DNA from: Octopus bimaculoides
Lineage: Eukaryota
Direction of reading: 5' to 3'
DNA: 64,000 bases
Assembly: GCF_001194135.2 (NCBI RefSeq)
Contig: NC_068986.1
Location: 109,533,255-109,597,254, forward strand
Shown here in pieces: positions 36,069 to 49,058 of the stretch (position 1 is its first letter; every line of letters begins with the position of its first letter). A program made the position numbers and the translations under genes. The notes below the pieces were generated by a model. It searched no databases and was not told where the DNA came from. It saw only the letters and a list, made by a program, of their open reading frames with translations.

Positions 36069-38109
36069 CAATAACAACAACAATGGAGCTCTTTCTGTTG
36101 CTGGATATAACTATGATATTAATTAGACACCATCAGAAAACAACTTTCCAATAAAGGATATTTACTGCTTGAAACTTTAGACTGTCTCTTTATAAACTGC
36201 AAAACCAACAGCTCAACACTTTTTCTTGTTGCAGCTGCGAGCCAGTCTCACTGGAATAAATAAAACCACATCATGATAATCTAATTTATTCTGCTGTTTA
36301 TAGTCTAACTAATTGCTGACACAGACTGTCTCTGCTCACTTCAGATGGATGGTGTTTGTGAATTATTTAACTTTTCATTTGTTTATCCTTCAACACAAGC
36401 AGCTGTGATTGACAGAACATGGCAGCTTAGAAGTTTATAGTTTCTCACAGATAATATGTTACATTCTACATTAATAGGTACAATGGAGTAGTTAATATAT
36501 TCACTGATGTAGATGATGTTTAAAATTAAATCTTGCATTTCAGCTTGGGATGCTGAGTTCTAATTCCTTTTGTGAATATTTTCAGTTAAAATACATTGGT
36601 TTTTGTTTTAATTTATTTTTAAAATAACGAGGAAGTTAGCAAGAAAACTTTCTCATTATTAAGCTGATGTTTGTAACTTAAACGAACACAAAATATTGAT
36701 GGCAGGTTTTAATTTCGATCATTTCAAAACAAAAAGTTTATATCCTAAAACCAGAGGAAGTCCTGGGTAGGTGGGCATTAGAGGGGTTAATCAGCAAAAT
36801 TTACAATAAACCGACCTTCACATACAGAAGGAAAAAGACCAGAATCAAGTTAGTGTTGTTGTTTAGCCAGAGATCAACCCTAATTCTGCAGACCTGTGGT
36901 CAAATGCTATCCAGTCTTGACCATTCTATATTTTTAGGGGTCTCCAGGACTATATTACCTCATGTGCCCTTTTCTGTTTTTAAGGTGGTAGGGTGTAATA
37001 TGAGGGAGGGCCAACTGTTATTTCTGGTAGTCAAGCACCCACAGAGGCTCTGTCATTGTCTTTAAAAGCCAAGTAGATATATGCTCCATGGACTATGTTA
37101 CTTTGTTTCATGACAAATGTTACCTCATCTTTCTGAGAAAGACATGTATCCAACATGTTTTAGTTTATGGCTAACTTGGGAATGATTACCAGAATTTCTG
37201 TAAAAGTTATTGGCAATAAATTGGTATTCTATGCAGAGAGTTGTTATTGTCTTGTTCTGGATCAACTCAAATTGAGTAAACCCATGATCAAAGACAATCC
37301 AGCCATACCAATCCCATCTGTCCAGAGTATTGTTCCTTACTGAAAATAGGCTTGGACTATTCTTTTCCTTCTCTCAAAACAAGGAAATGATTTATATAAT
37401 CCCTGAATGTAAACTGGGACTGTATCCATATTTGTCTTGTTAGCGAAATGGTCAAAATACCATGTTATTTAAAATGAGCTAATGTATGATATTATAGATA
37501 TCACACACTGATGATGACTGCTGGCCCCCTCTTTGAATTCAGTATCTCTATCACTCATGGACATGCTGATATAAAAGTAAAGAAAAAAAAACATTGCAGC
37601 GCCCACAGCTTTTCGAAACATTTTTTTCACACTCAAATTAGCCAAAGCATGGAACTGCCCACATCAGGTGTTAGTTATCAGGACACTGCACCCTTCAAAA
37701 ATCCCATGCTTCCTGAAATTCACCAACATTACTCCTTGCACCCTTTCTTCTTCCTGACTTTTTTAAGGTTCACTTTTCTCTCTTTTTCTGTGTACTCTGC
37801 ATGTGTTTTTAGCTTTCATTGCTGTCTTTTTTCACTTGACATATGCATCTCCTTTCTGTCCCCTATTTCAACTTTTTCTGATGAATTGCAGAGCCCTTAG
37901 GCTCTTTACACAATAAGATTATTATTATTACTCCACAGTTTTGCCTGCAATATTTCATTTTTTGATGAAGACCTCAATGTCCTGGGCTCTTGTGGCCAAT
38001 AATAGAAATCATTATTACTATTATTATTATTATCATTATTATCATTACTATTATTATTAGATGAACAATATTTTGACACTCTGTGTGTCTTTTACAAGTT
38101 CAAAATACA

Positions 38110-38557
38110 AATTGAAATTAAATTCAAAGAAAGGAAACGCTGAAACATTCAAAATTGAATTGGAATAACTGTGTTTCTTTCTAAGTAAAATGACATCATC
38201 AATCTTTGGTCTTTCACAAAAGATAGCAGAAGGAAGGTAAGAAGGAAGGAAGGAAGAAAACAAAAAGAAAAAAAAGAATTGAAGGAAAAATTATGCAGTC
38301 AAAAAATTTAGATATATTTGTGAACTGCTGACATCTCAGCCTGGAGCAATTACTAAAATGGCAGGTGAATTCCACCATATTTATACTAAACTTTTTCACT
38401 GAATAATTTTTTCTCCAATTCTTTTCTTTCCTTCCTTCCTTCTGCTACCTTTTGTGAAAGACCAAAGACTGATGAAGTCATTTTACTTAGAAACACAGTT
38501 ATTCCAATTCAATTTTGAATGTTTCAGCATTTCCTGTCTTTGAATTCAATTTCAATT
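38110..38557. repeat. Long inverted repeat, about 180-210-bp arms
   Basis: attgaaattaaattcaaaga...cagaaggaagg...aattatgcagtc (to about 38320) versus tttcactgaataatt...ccttctgc...tttgaattcaatttcaatt (from about 38378). Confidence 0.88.
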
Positions 38558-38563
38558 ACTATC

Positions 38564-38594
<31 letters not shown>

Positions 38595-38859
38595 TCTTGT
38601 GCCTATAGTAGAAAGGATTATAATTATGGAAACATTTCACAAAGGAAAAAAAAAGAAACCAAAAGTAAAATAAACTAATTTATATTTGAGACTAAACGAT
38701 GGAACTCCTTAAACATAATTGGTGAGAAGGTTGAGTATAAAAATATTATCAATACAAATGTTTTCAGAATTTCAACTGCAAAAAGACTTAAAATATGATT
38801 AATTCCCCCAGTTAATCACTCTGGTATCAAAAGAGAAGAAATATATTTTCAATACTCAC

Positions 38860-38870
38860 TCTTCGATAAC
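38860..38870 (-). CDS. PLEKHG1: Predicted 11-nt microexon (phase 1-0)
   Basis: ttttttttttttactatttacag|GTTATCGAAGA|gtgagt. Encodes (G)YRR and supplies the phase 1-to-0 shift needed to reach the terminal exon. Confidence 0.62.
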
Positions 38871-39013
38871 CTGTAAATAGTAAAAAAAAAAAACATAATT
38901 AGCTTAATTAAATGAACAAATAATTTAATGAACATGCAAAGTGAAAAAAGTAAAAACAAATAACTTTTGAAAAGGCTTTACATCTATTTGTGAATATTGT
39001 AATTAGTTTAATA

Positions 39014-39562
39014 CGAGGGTGAGTCAAAAAGTAATGTCATTTTGTTTAGGACAGGTATAATTACCAACACAAGAACATGTATCATACATCAAAATGAAGC
39101 TGGTCCTCTGTGGATCACATCCCTACTTCTCAACATAGTCACCGTTTCTCTAAATAGCAATGTCCCACCTTCGAATGAGAGCATGTATTCCTACCCCGTA
39201 AAATTCTGTTGACTGTTCTTTGAGCCACTTCTTAACTACAGTTTTCACTTCCTCGTCACTGGAATAATGTTTGCCTCTCAAACCCTCTTTTATGGAGCCG
39301 AAGAGATGATAGTCCAGTGACGAGGAAGTGAAAACTGTAGTTAAGAAGTGGCTCAAAGAACAGTCAATAGAATTTTACAGGGCAGGAATGCATGCTCTCA
39401 TTCGAAGGTGGAACATTGCTATTGAGAGAATCGGTAACTATGTTGAGAAGTAGGGATGTGATCCACAGAAGACCAGCTTCATTTTGATGTATGATACATG
39501 TTCTTGTGTTGGTAATTATACCTGTCCTAAACAAAATGGCATTACCTTTTGACTCACCCTCC
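39014..39562. mobile_element. Mariner-derived foldback MITE made of two 3' ends
   Basis: TA-flanked, TIR cgagggtgagtcaaaa. Arms are 250 bp (39014-39263, 39313-39562) with 12 mismatches by hand count. Minus strand encodes LDYHLFGSIKEGLRGKHYSSDEEVKTVVKKWLKEQ (mariner C-terminus). Confidence 0.92.
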
Positions 39563-39675
39563 TAAAATATTGAAATTCTTGCTTAACAAGTGGAGGAAGA
39601 ACAATGTCCATGGCAATTTTTGCTTTAACAATCTCTAAGACTGTTGTAGTCATTATCATTATTTCACTTCCGTCA

Positions 39676-39880
39676 ATGGCGGTGAGCTGGCAGATTTGTT
39701 AGCATGTGGGACGAAATGCATTGCAGTATTTCACCCGTTGTTCCATTCTGAGTTCAAAATCTACTGTGGTCGACTTTGTCTTTCATCCCTTCGGGGTCGA
39801 TAGATTAAATACCAGTTGCATACTGGAGTTGATCTAATTGACTGGCCCCCTCCCCCAAAATTTCAGGCCTTGTGCCTATA
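39676..39880 (+). mobile_element. SINE family B
   Basis: ggcggtgagctggcag...gagttcaaaatc...gtcgactttg...aaatttcaggccttgtgcctatag. Confidence 0.75.
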
Positions 39881-40208
39881 GCACATCCCACTTCCATGCT
39901 GGTATGGGACCAATGAGCCAGAGGAATGTACCAAGCTCCAATGTCTGCTTTGGCATGGTTTCTCTAGCGGGATGCCTTTCCTAGCGCCAAACATTTTACT
40001 GAGTCTACATGTTGCCTTTTTTTTTGTGGAACCAGCACAAATGAAGTTGCCAAGTAACTTGCAAAACATAACCCCTCAAACTGAGTGGGGGGTGGGAGTG
40101 GAGTATTAAAGGAGGTAGTTTAATGCTAAGTGTTAAGAGGTGAAAGTATGGTCAATGGTTAATATCAGATTGGCAGGAAAGTAAAGTAGAAAAATAATAT
40201 GCTTGCAA

Positions 40209-40588
40209 AGGCGCAGGAGTGGCTGTGTGGTAAGTAGCCTGCTTACCAACCACATGGTTCCGGGTTCAGTCCCACTGCGTGGCACCTTGGGCAAGTGTCT
40301 TCTACTATAGCCTCGGGCCGACCAAAGCCTTGTGAGTGGATTTGGTAGACGGAAACTGAAAGAAGCCCGTCGTATATATATATATATATATATATATNNN
40401 NNNNNNNNNNNNNNNNNNNNNNNNNNNNNNNNNNNNNNNNNNNNNNNNNNNNNNNNNNNNNNNNNNNNNNNNNNNNNNNNNNNNNNNNNNNNNNNNNNNN
40501 NNNNNNNNNNNNNNNNNNNNNNNNNNNNNNNNNNNNNNNNCGTTAAACGATGATGATGATGATATATATATATATATATGTATGTATA

Positions 40589-40630
<42 letters not shown>

Positions 40631-40839
40631 TGTGTCTGTGCTTGTCCCCCTAGCATTGCTTGACCACCGATGCTGGTGTGTTTATGCCCCCCTTAACTTA
40701 GCGGTTTGGCAAAAGAGACCGATAGAATAAATACTAGGCTTACAAAGAATAAGTCCCGGGGTCAATATGCTTGACTAAAGGCGGTGCTCCAGCATGGCCG
40801 CAGTCAAATGACTGAAACAAGTAAAAGAGTTAAAAGAGT
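40209..40839 (+). mobile_element. SINE family A, full length, spanning gap 40398-40540
   Basis: aggcgcaggagtggctgtgtggtaag head through to the gtaaaagagttaaaagag tail. Confidence 0.85.
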
Positions 40840-40854
40840 TTTTTAATAACTTAC

Positions 40855-40890
40855 CTTTTCGAAGGCGCTGAGGTTTAAGTAAGGTAAAAT
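40855..40890 (-). CDS. PLEKHG1: PLEKHG-like small exon (36 nt, phase 1-1)
   Basis: ttctcttttgcag acceptor and AAG|gtaagt donor. Encodes (D)FTLLKPQRLRK. A SINE tail ends about 15 nt from the donor. Confidence 0.7.
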
Positions 40891-42149
40891 CTGCAAAAGA
40901 GAATGGTAAAGTGTTCATTGTTTATTAAACTAAACAAAACTTATTCCCCACCTATAACATTTTCTCAGACCTCTTACATGGTCATTTGACCTTCTAGTAG
41001 TAGCAGCCAAAGAATCTACTCCAAATACTTTTCACTGGCTTAAACAAGGAAAGACATGTTGAGTAATGTAACCACCAATCCTAGATGACCTTAAAAAAGC
41101 CAGGTGAGTTCATTCAGGGGTGACCTGGGGATAAAGAACAACAGCAACTAGGAACTTCTCAGAGTCTCTATGCAAATAGCTTGACCAGCCAAAAATAACA
41201 GGCTAACATTTTTTATAACACACTCCACCATCTAAGCAAAAAAGAAAGGAAAGCCATATTAACTAATGTAGTCCAGACATCCCTAAAATTGGATTATAGG
41301 TCTACTGAATCATGGTTGACCCAGGGTTAAACATCAATGCTTTCTAGTTCATATAAACACCATTTCATCCTCTTAGTTTGAACATCCACTTCATGTTGGC
41401 ATGGGTCAGATATATTCATTAAAGCAGATTTTCTACAGTTGGGTGCTCTTTCTGTCACCAACCCTCATCTGTCTCCAAGCAAGCTAATATTTCCCCATGG
41501 CCAGACATGATTAGACAGGATACTGGAAAGAAATTACACTGCTTATATGACAGTGATACTCATTTACAACCATCAAATAATGTGAAGACAAGACGACACA
41601 TACACACACACACACACATACATACACACAAGCATGCAACAAGATTCTTTCAGTTTCCGTTTACTAAATCCACTCACAAGGCTTTGGTCAGCTCAGAGCT
41701 ACAGAAGTCACTTGCCCAAGATGTAGTGTGCGTGTGTGTGTGTTTCCCATCACCACCACCGCTTGACGACCAATGTTGGCGTGTTTATGTCTCTGTAACT
41801 TAGCGATTGAGCTTAAGAGACCGATAGAATAAGTACCAGGCTTTAAAAAAAAATATTGGGATCCATTCATTAACTTAAATTCTTCAAGGCGGTGCTCCAG
41901 TAAGGCTACAGTCTAAAGACTGAAACAAGTAACAGATAAAAGATATAAAAAAGGAATCGGGGACCTTACAGTCTAAAGCAGAAAAATACTCAACAGTCTG
42001 ATAAACTCGAAAACATTTTAAGACACGTATCCTTGGTTAGGATGTTTAGGCTTGAACGTGGACGGAAAGTTGGTGTTGAAATATGTGCAAAACAAGAAAG
42101 AAATCAAACAAGTTTTTGTTTGGAAAAAATTTCAGTTAATGTTTACAAT

Positions 42150-43510
42150 ATTATCCGGAAACGAAAACAAAAAGAAAATTATTACAGCAACGGGTGTAAA
42201 AAAATGTGTAATGAAACGAAAATGAAAACAAAATTGCGCGCGAAGTATCGGGTGGAGGTGGGGACTTTCGGAAAATTCATAAGGTTTGAGTTTTTCTTTC
42301 ATAACTTTTAAGAAAATTAGTTTTTCTTGAATGAAATTTTAAATATATACCTTTCAAACGACATACATTACGGTTATAAAAAAAATTTGTGGGGAAAATC
42401 TTTTCCGATGGGGTGGGAGGAGAGGACTTTCGGAAAATTGGCAAGATTCGTTTTTTTTTCCCCTCATAACTTTGAGGAAAATGGATATCTTTTTGTGAAA
42501 TTTTATATAAATTCCTTTCTATTTACATTCAAAATACTGAGCATTTATGGGGAAGCCTGAAAAAGTATATTCTTCGACCCGGAATGAGACCTAGCTACTT
42601 CAAACAATATGTCTCACGGTTACTTTTCATACGGGTCATCTTTCCGCCAACCCAGCCACTTCATAAGTTTCTTTTGGAGGCTGCAAGACTATAGCCATGT
42701 TCCTGATGACACGGAAGAATGTATACCGGTTCTTGAAGTCGTTAAAGGTACGTTGGCGCATTTTTTATACTGTAAAACATTCTTCTTACCCCCAACCAGG
42801 CTTATACCTTAAAGCATTCAATACAGGTCTTCCTACACCCATTAGGTTTGTTAATTTGCTTATTGGTGACTGAGAGAAGTTGTAGTAATTAACAGAAAAC
42901 ATTAAACAAATAAGGAAGGTATCAGACGGTCGTGAGATGTGCTAAAAACAACAGCTAAATTGCCCTTAACTTTATTCTATAGTGAAACCATATTCAACAC
43001 CTTATTTATGAATTTGTTTCTCTCACCATGGTACACGGGATCTTTTTAAAAACTTTTTACTATTACTAAAAATAAAAAAAATAAATTAAGTTTTTTTCAA
43101 ACTTTTTTCAAATATAATTTATGAATTTCTTTCTCTTCGAACGCCCCCCCCCCTCGGAAAAGATTTTCATCACAAATTTCTTTATAATTGTAATGTTTAT
43201 CGTTTGAAAGGTATTTATATAAAATTTCATCAAAAGATATTCATTTTCCTCAAAGTTATGGGGGGGAAAAAATCGGACCTTGTGAATTTTCCGAAACTCC
43301 TCTCCCCCCACCCCCTCGGAAAAGATTTCCCCCACAAATTTCTTTATAATCGTAACTTATGTCGTTTGAAAGGTATTTAATTAAAACTTCATTAAAAAAA
43401 AAAACATTTTCCTAAAAGTTATGAAGGAAAAACTCGGATCTTGTAAATTTTCCGAAAGTCATTTCCCCGTTGCTTTGCGCGCATTTTTGTCTTCGTTTCC
43501 GGGTCAGCGT
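42150..43510. mobile_element. Foldback element whose long TIRs are built of about 162-bp tandem units
   Basis: ttcggaaaatt recurs at 42267 and 42429. Reverse-complement units (cctcggaaaagat) recur at 43151 and 43313. The core of about 600 bp is unique. Confidence 0.75.
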
Positions 43511-45746
43511 AAAGCTTGGGATAACCATCTTAGGATAAATGTTGTGTCATTTCTTTTTGTAAGGTGATGTTTAAAGTTATTTGAGGTTTGGTTGCTATGT
43601 CTAGCAGTTCAAGCAGCTGTATAAAAGAAGCTCTTTGTTAGTGTTAATATTCAAATGGTCCCTGACTAAGTAGAGTTATGATCACAGGTAATTCCAACCA
43701 TGGCAATCCAGTTTTTCCTTCACAAATAATATACCCAGATTACGTTAGCTAATATATCGTTTATATTTTAAGAAAGTGAGATTTTTGATTTAGGGAGATT
43801 TGGCTGCTATTTCTAGTTGAGCGGGACTCCCTGGTTTGGCTTGTTACTTTCATTTTATATTTGCCTCGATTAAAAATACAAATATCTGGAAATAAATCGC
43901 AGTTATTTTGCCGATTTTCACCAGCATTAATCTTGGACAATTGTAGAAAAGTCTAATCGATGTGCCCTGTTTAATTTGAAGCAAAAGTTTATTTTATTGG
44001 TGTTCGTTTTTGAGTTATGGCAATATTTTACGGTTGAAAAATCGAACGACCACATGAAATAAGTTTAAATAGCAAAAGGACTATTTTCTTTGCTCTCTTT
44101 TCCCGGCTTTCGAGAGGTTTCTAATAATATAAAGCATTTTATACTTAAATGTTTGCCTTTAAATCACACATCATCAGACAGAAGAATGGATCTTTTGACT
44201 GCTCTTACTGCGATCGAGATAACGAAACTAAATGATGCCCAAGATTCCAATACTTCATTATAGACACCCTTAAAAGGATGAAAAGCACATTCGACTTGAA
44301 AAGTCGCTAAGCATTTTGTCCAGGGCGCTAACGATTTTATTTAATAATAACTCCCCTTTCATACCAACACCACTTAAATGAAACTTCTGCTCTTTAAGTG
44401 CTTATATTAAAATTAAAATTTCCTACCAAAAGTTTCTGTAAGCATCTTCTTTCTTTGTAAATTATTTTCCAAACACCAACTTATTAATGAAATAGTTTAT
44501 TTTAATAAATCTTTCGGAATGTTTGCTTATTTTCAAAATGAATTTAAGTAGCAGGCAGTTGTATTTCAAGAGAAATATAATGACGAAAGGGTTAAAACTG
44601 TTTTCACGGCCATTGGTGAGAATTCAGACCAAATTTCTTGCAGGGCAGAGAAATAAAGAATCAATGGAAAACAAAACAAAAAGGGAAAAACATCGTAAAA
44701 AATCGAAAATCTGCGTCGCCTGAAGTTTCTTAGGATTGTTGTTGTTTTGGTTGTCTAGCCCTGAACTTAGACAAAACTTAAAATTAAAAGAATTCCAGCC
44801 GTGATCATCCCCAAGTTGTTTCTTTTTCAAACGATTTCGCTACTATTTCTAGCTGTTGTTGCTGCTGCCTAAAGACTCTCTTGTTTGGTCATAAATGATT
44901 AAATGAATGAGTGACAATAGGAACGGCGAAAATACATAACAGACAAAAAAAAAGTTCATTATTTTGACGAGGAGAAAAAAGGTCACATTTTATTTTAAAT
45001 ACCACAAATAATAGAATAATTAAATAAATAATAAATTTAAAGTCACTTATTTACTGACAAAACACATTGACAATCCATCTTGTTTATACAGAGGTATTAT
45101 ATTAACCCAACTTAATTTTTATATACTGTGGTATTTGGGAAGAGAATCACGTTTTATTCAATATCTTAAAGTAAACTTTAAAAGGCAAGGTATAATATAT
45201 AAAACAAGGTATAAATCAGTTTATTGGGGTTTTCTTGAGACTTTTTGCCTTGTAACTCTGGATTCTAGTGGCATAAACCTTTTTATAGTCAATAAATTAA
45301 CAACGAAATTAACAGGTTTCATAGAAATAGTTCTTTTGATATTTGTATCATAAAAAAAAAACTCTGTCTGACCTTCATATAACAACGAAATAACGAAAGA
45401 TACTAACACAAACGCCATTAAATGTTCCAAAGAAACAAAATAAGAATATTTAACGTGTGATTCAGTTATTGAAGTAGTAGAAGTAGTAGAAGTAGTAGTA
45501 GTAGTAGTAGTTGTTGTTCACTACCTTAGGTGTGTGTGTTACTATAATAGTAATGGTTTAAAATTTTGGCACAGAGCCAGCAATTTCGGGAGGGAAAAAG
45601 TTGATTACATCGACCCCAGAGCTCATTTGGTTCTTATTAACGTAAAGACGGAACGAATTACTACCAAGTATTTTGTCTGGCATGCTAATGATTCTGCCAA
45701 ACGGTTGGTTGATTTCTCCAGCCACACTTCACAACGTACAGAGAGG

Positions 45747-46923
45747 AGAATAAAAATAAACCTTTTCTATAATGTTCATCAGTAAAGCCACCTTCAGCTT
45801 CAACAACTGCCTGTAGATCTAAATCATCTACATGCTCGAATCAATGGTCCTGGTTCATTTTGGACATTACTCTGACTAAAGCAGCTTTCAAAGAATCTTT
45901 GGTGTTCTGAGTGTGTTCATTGACCTCTCTCTCTCTCTCTCTCTCAACAATACTCCACATGTAATAGTCCAATGGATTGAGATCTGGGGAATTAGGAGGA
46001 CAAATGTTGGGGTTATGTGACCATGACAATTTTCAGCCATTCATTCCTCTGTTACTACAGCCATGTGTGATAGTGCAGAGTCTTACTGAAGCACATATGG
46101 CCTTCCATTGCATACACTGTCTATCCAGGGCTTAACAATTATTTCCAGGACCTCTGTGTATGTGGCAGAGTTAACTCTAAGGTCTTGTGGAAAGAAGTAA
46201 GGGGGCATCACATGTCCTTCTTTGCTGACAACCCCTAAAACCATGACAGTTGCAGGAAATTTTGTATGCATAACACTTGGAACTTCAGAAGGGTCTGCAC
46301 ATAACCATCTGTCATTTCTTCTGTTAACTTTTTGATCTTAGTCCAAGTTTTTTTCATTTGAGAAAAACCTATTCATATCTTCTGCTGGATCTTGCAGTTT
46401 GTTTAAGAGCCTTTTAGATCTAATGTAGTGATTTTCTTTTGCTTTTTCTAACAAATTGACCTTTCCTCATCATATAAGACTTGTATCTGATGTCTTCGTG
46501 GACAACATTTCCTTCTGACTGTTCCTGCTGATACATGGAGATCTTTTGCAATTGACCTCATGGACTTTCTGGGATTATACTCAATTGTTTGTTGAACTTG
46601 CTGGATAAATTCAGGTGTTCTGATGATTTCAGAGTGTTTAGAATGCTTTTTATCCTTTGATACTGGTGATACGTTTCCATCTTCAGTCTCCAGCTCCTTA
46701 CAAACTTTGTAGATGAAAGATCTGGCAACTTTTAAAACTCGAGATATTTCTAAATCGCTATGCTCAGCCTTTATAACCGCAATAACAGCATGCCTCATTA
46801 TTTCTTGAGTAAGCTGAGGGTCTGCCATTATTATTTTCTGAAACTATGATTATACAGAGTAAGCTAAAAATGCAGCAATGACATAAAAAAAGGCATGTCC
46901 TCAAATACCTTTCACACCCTGTA
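45747..46923 (-). pseudogene. Decayed Tc1/mariner (maT/DD37D-like) transposon
   Basis: Fragments ...SMRSIAKDLHVSAGTVRR, KFPATVMVLGVVSKEGHVMPPYFF and PPNSPDLNPLDYYMW; tacagggtg-type end at about 46923. A (CT)n run is inserted in the ORF. The subfamily assignment is inference. Confidence 0.8.
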
Positions 46924-47380
46924 TAGTCAAAATGCTTACGTCTGGAGAGCTTTTGATCATAGGTATATTCAACCAATGCTGACCTTTTTAAATTCTGCTC
47001 TTGAGGGAGGGGGACAGAACAAAAAAAAATGTTGCTTCGCCCCAGGTAAAGCCATGATGGAGCAAACCTATGCCTCACATTTTATTGTGACCATTCCGTC
47101 TTTTGAATATTATGGACTACATTGTCCAAAGTGTGCTTTTTTTTAAAGATGGTAGGCTATGATTGAAGGAGATTTGGCTGTTCTATGGCACAAATAATTA
47201 TTTTATACAAAGATTCCCAACATAAGGGGAAAGAAAGGAACATAAAAGTGATTCTCTCCCTTTGGTAGTGTATACACACACACTCTCTCTCTCTCTCTCT
47301 CTCCCTCCAGTAAACCAACCACATGTTTAAAATAAAAATAATTTCCAAGACCCAACATGACTAGAGACTGTTCACTTTAC

Positions 47381-47491
47381 CTGGAATCAGATTGCTGGAT
47401 TTCCGCCTTACCCGGCCACGTTTCTCAAGGTAGTCTGGCCCACTGATAGCATGACGTTTACCAGGATCAACATTCTCATTGTTGGCAACAT
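47381..47491 (-). CDS. PLEKHG1: PLEKHG-like post-PH exon (111 nt, phase 1-1)
   Basis: attttatag acceptor and CAG|gtaaag donor. Encodes (Y)VANNENVDPGKRHAISGPDYLEKRGRVRRKSSNLIP and is open in the expected phase. Confidence 0.75.
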
Positions 47492-47654
47492 CTATAAAAT
47501 GGTTAAACAGAAAAAAAAAGCTATATTTTCAAATATTCTTTTCAATGATTCCAACAGAGATAGAATTAATAATGGTAAACTAAATGAAGCAGAAAAATAG
47601 TTGGTGTGACAAAAGAGTTAACCTTAAATTCAAAACCACTGTTAAGATTGTACT

Positions 47655-48037
47655 GTGGTTGTGTGGTAAGGAGCTTGCTTACCAACCACATGGTTCAGGG
47701 TTCAGTCCCACTGTGTAGCACCTTGGGCAAGTGTCTTCTACTATAGCTTCAGGCTGACCAAATCCTTGTGAGTGGATTTGGTAGACAGAAACTGAAGGAA
47801 GCCTGTCGTGTATATATGGGCATATTTTTGTGTATTTGTGTCTGTATTTGTTCCCCCACCATCACTCGACAACCAGTGTTGGTGTGTTTACATCCCTGTA
47901 ACTTAGCAGTCCAGCAAAAGAGATTGATAGGAAGAAGTATCAAGCTTACAAAGAACAAGTCCAGGGGACAATTTCTTTGACTAAAAGGCAGTGCTCCAGC
48001 ATGGCCACAGTCAAAATGACTGAAATAAGTAAAAGAA
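47655..48037 (+). mobile_element. SINE family A
   Basis: gtgtggtaaggagcttgcttaccaaccacatgg head through to the gactgaaataagtaaaag tail. Confidence 0.8.
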
Positions 48038-48828
48038 AATATAAGTGTGTGTGTTTGCTTCTCCTTGTCTTGACATCATATGACAGTTGTAAACAACATT
48101 GTCTTACTAGCCGTGCCATTTTTTTCCATGGAAATATGTCCGACCAAGAGGAAATATTGCCTTGCTTGGAAACAGGTGATGGTTGGTAACAGGAAGGGCA
48201 TCCGACATGGAAAATTGGCCTCAGCAAATTCCATCAAGGTAAAGTGGACATTAAAATAATGATGATGATGATGATGCAAATATGTAGGTCATGTAAGCTC
48301 AAAAGATCCAAAAATAAAGGATTTGGGTTCAGTCATTGAACTATGGCCATATTGAGCCACGATTACTTTTAGTCAGTAATATGTATCAACCTCCTGTCAT
48401 TATAGATTATTGACAGAAAAATATTCCGCCTCTTACTATTTTTATTGGTTGCTATTTATGGAATGGTTGAGTTGACCTGCTTCATTTTTGTATTTGGTTT
48501 GCAAGATTCTTCATGTAAATTTGCGTGTTGAAATAAATCTTGTCTTGGGAAGGTCGTTACACCAATAATAACAACACAGGTACTGGTTCAATATCATGTT
48601 TTTTTATTATTATTAGTCAATTAGTCAAATATTTAACCAACATACCAATCAATCATTTGTTTAATGTGTTGGTTAAACACTCAATCATCTGCTTGTTAAA
48701 GTCTATTCATCATTATTCGCGACCTCTTCAATGACTTGCCTCTCTCTTCAAAGTCTGCCTTGAGTCTGTCTGAGAATTAGTCTTATGCCTGTGTGTATGC
48801 ATGTTTGTATGTGCGTATATAAATGTGT

Positions 48829-49058
48829 TATTTCTTTACTACCTACAAGGGGCTACACACAGAGGGGACAAACAAGGAGAGACAAACAGATTAAGTCGAT
48901 TACATCGATCCCAGTGCGTAACTGGTACTTATTTAATCGACCCCGAAAGAATGAAAAGCAAATTCGACCTCGGCGGAATTTGAACTCAGGACGTAGCGGC
49001 AGATGAAATACCGCTAGGCATTTTGCCCAGTGTGCTAACGTTTCCGCCAGCTTTCCGT
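48829..49058 (-). mobile_element. SINE family B with a 14-bp TSD
   Basis: TSD gtatataaatgtgt at 48815-48828 and 49059-49072; intact core. Confidence 0.88.
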
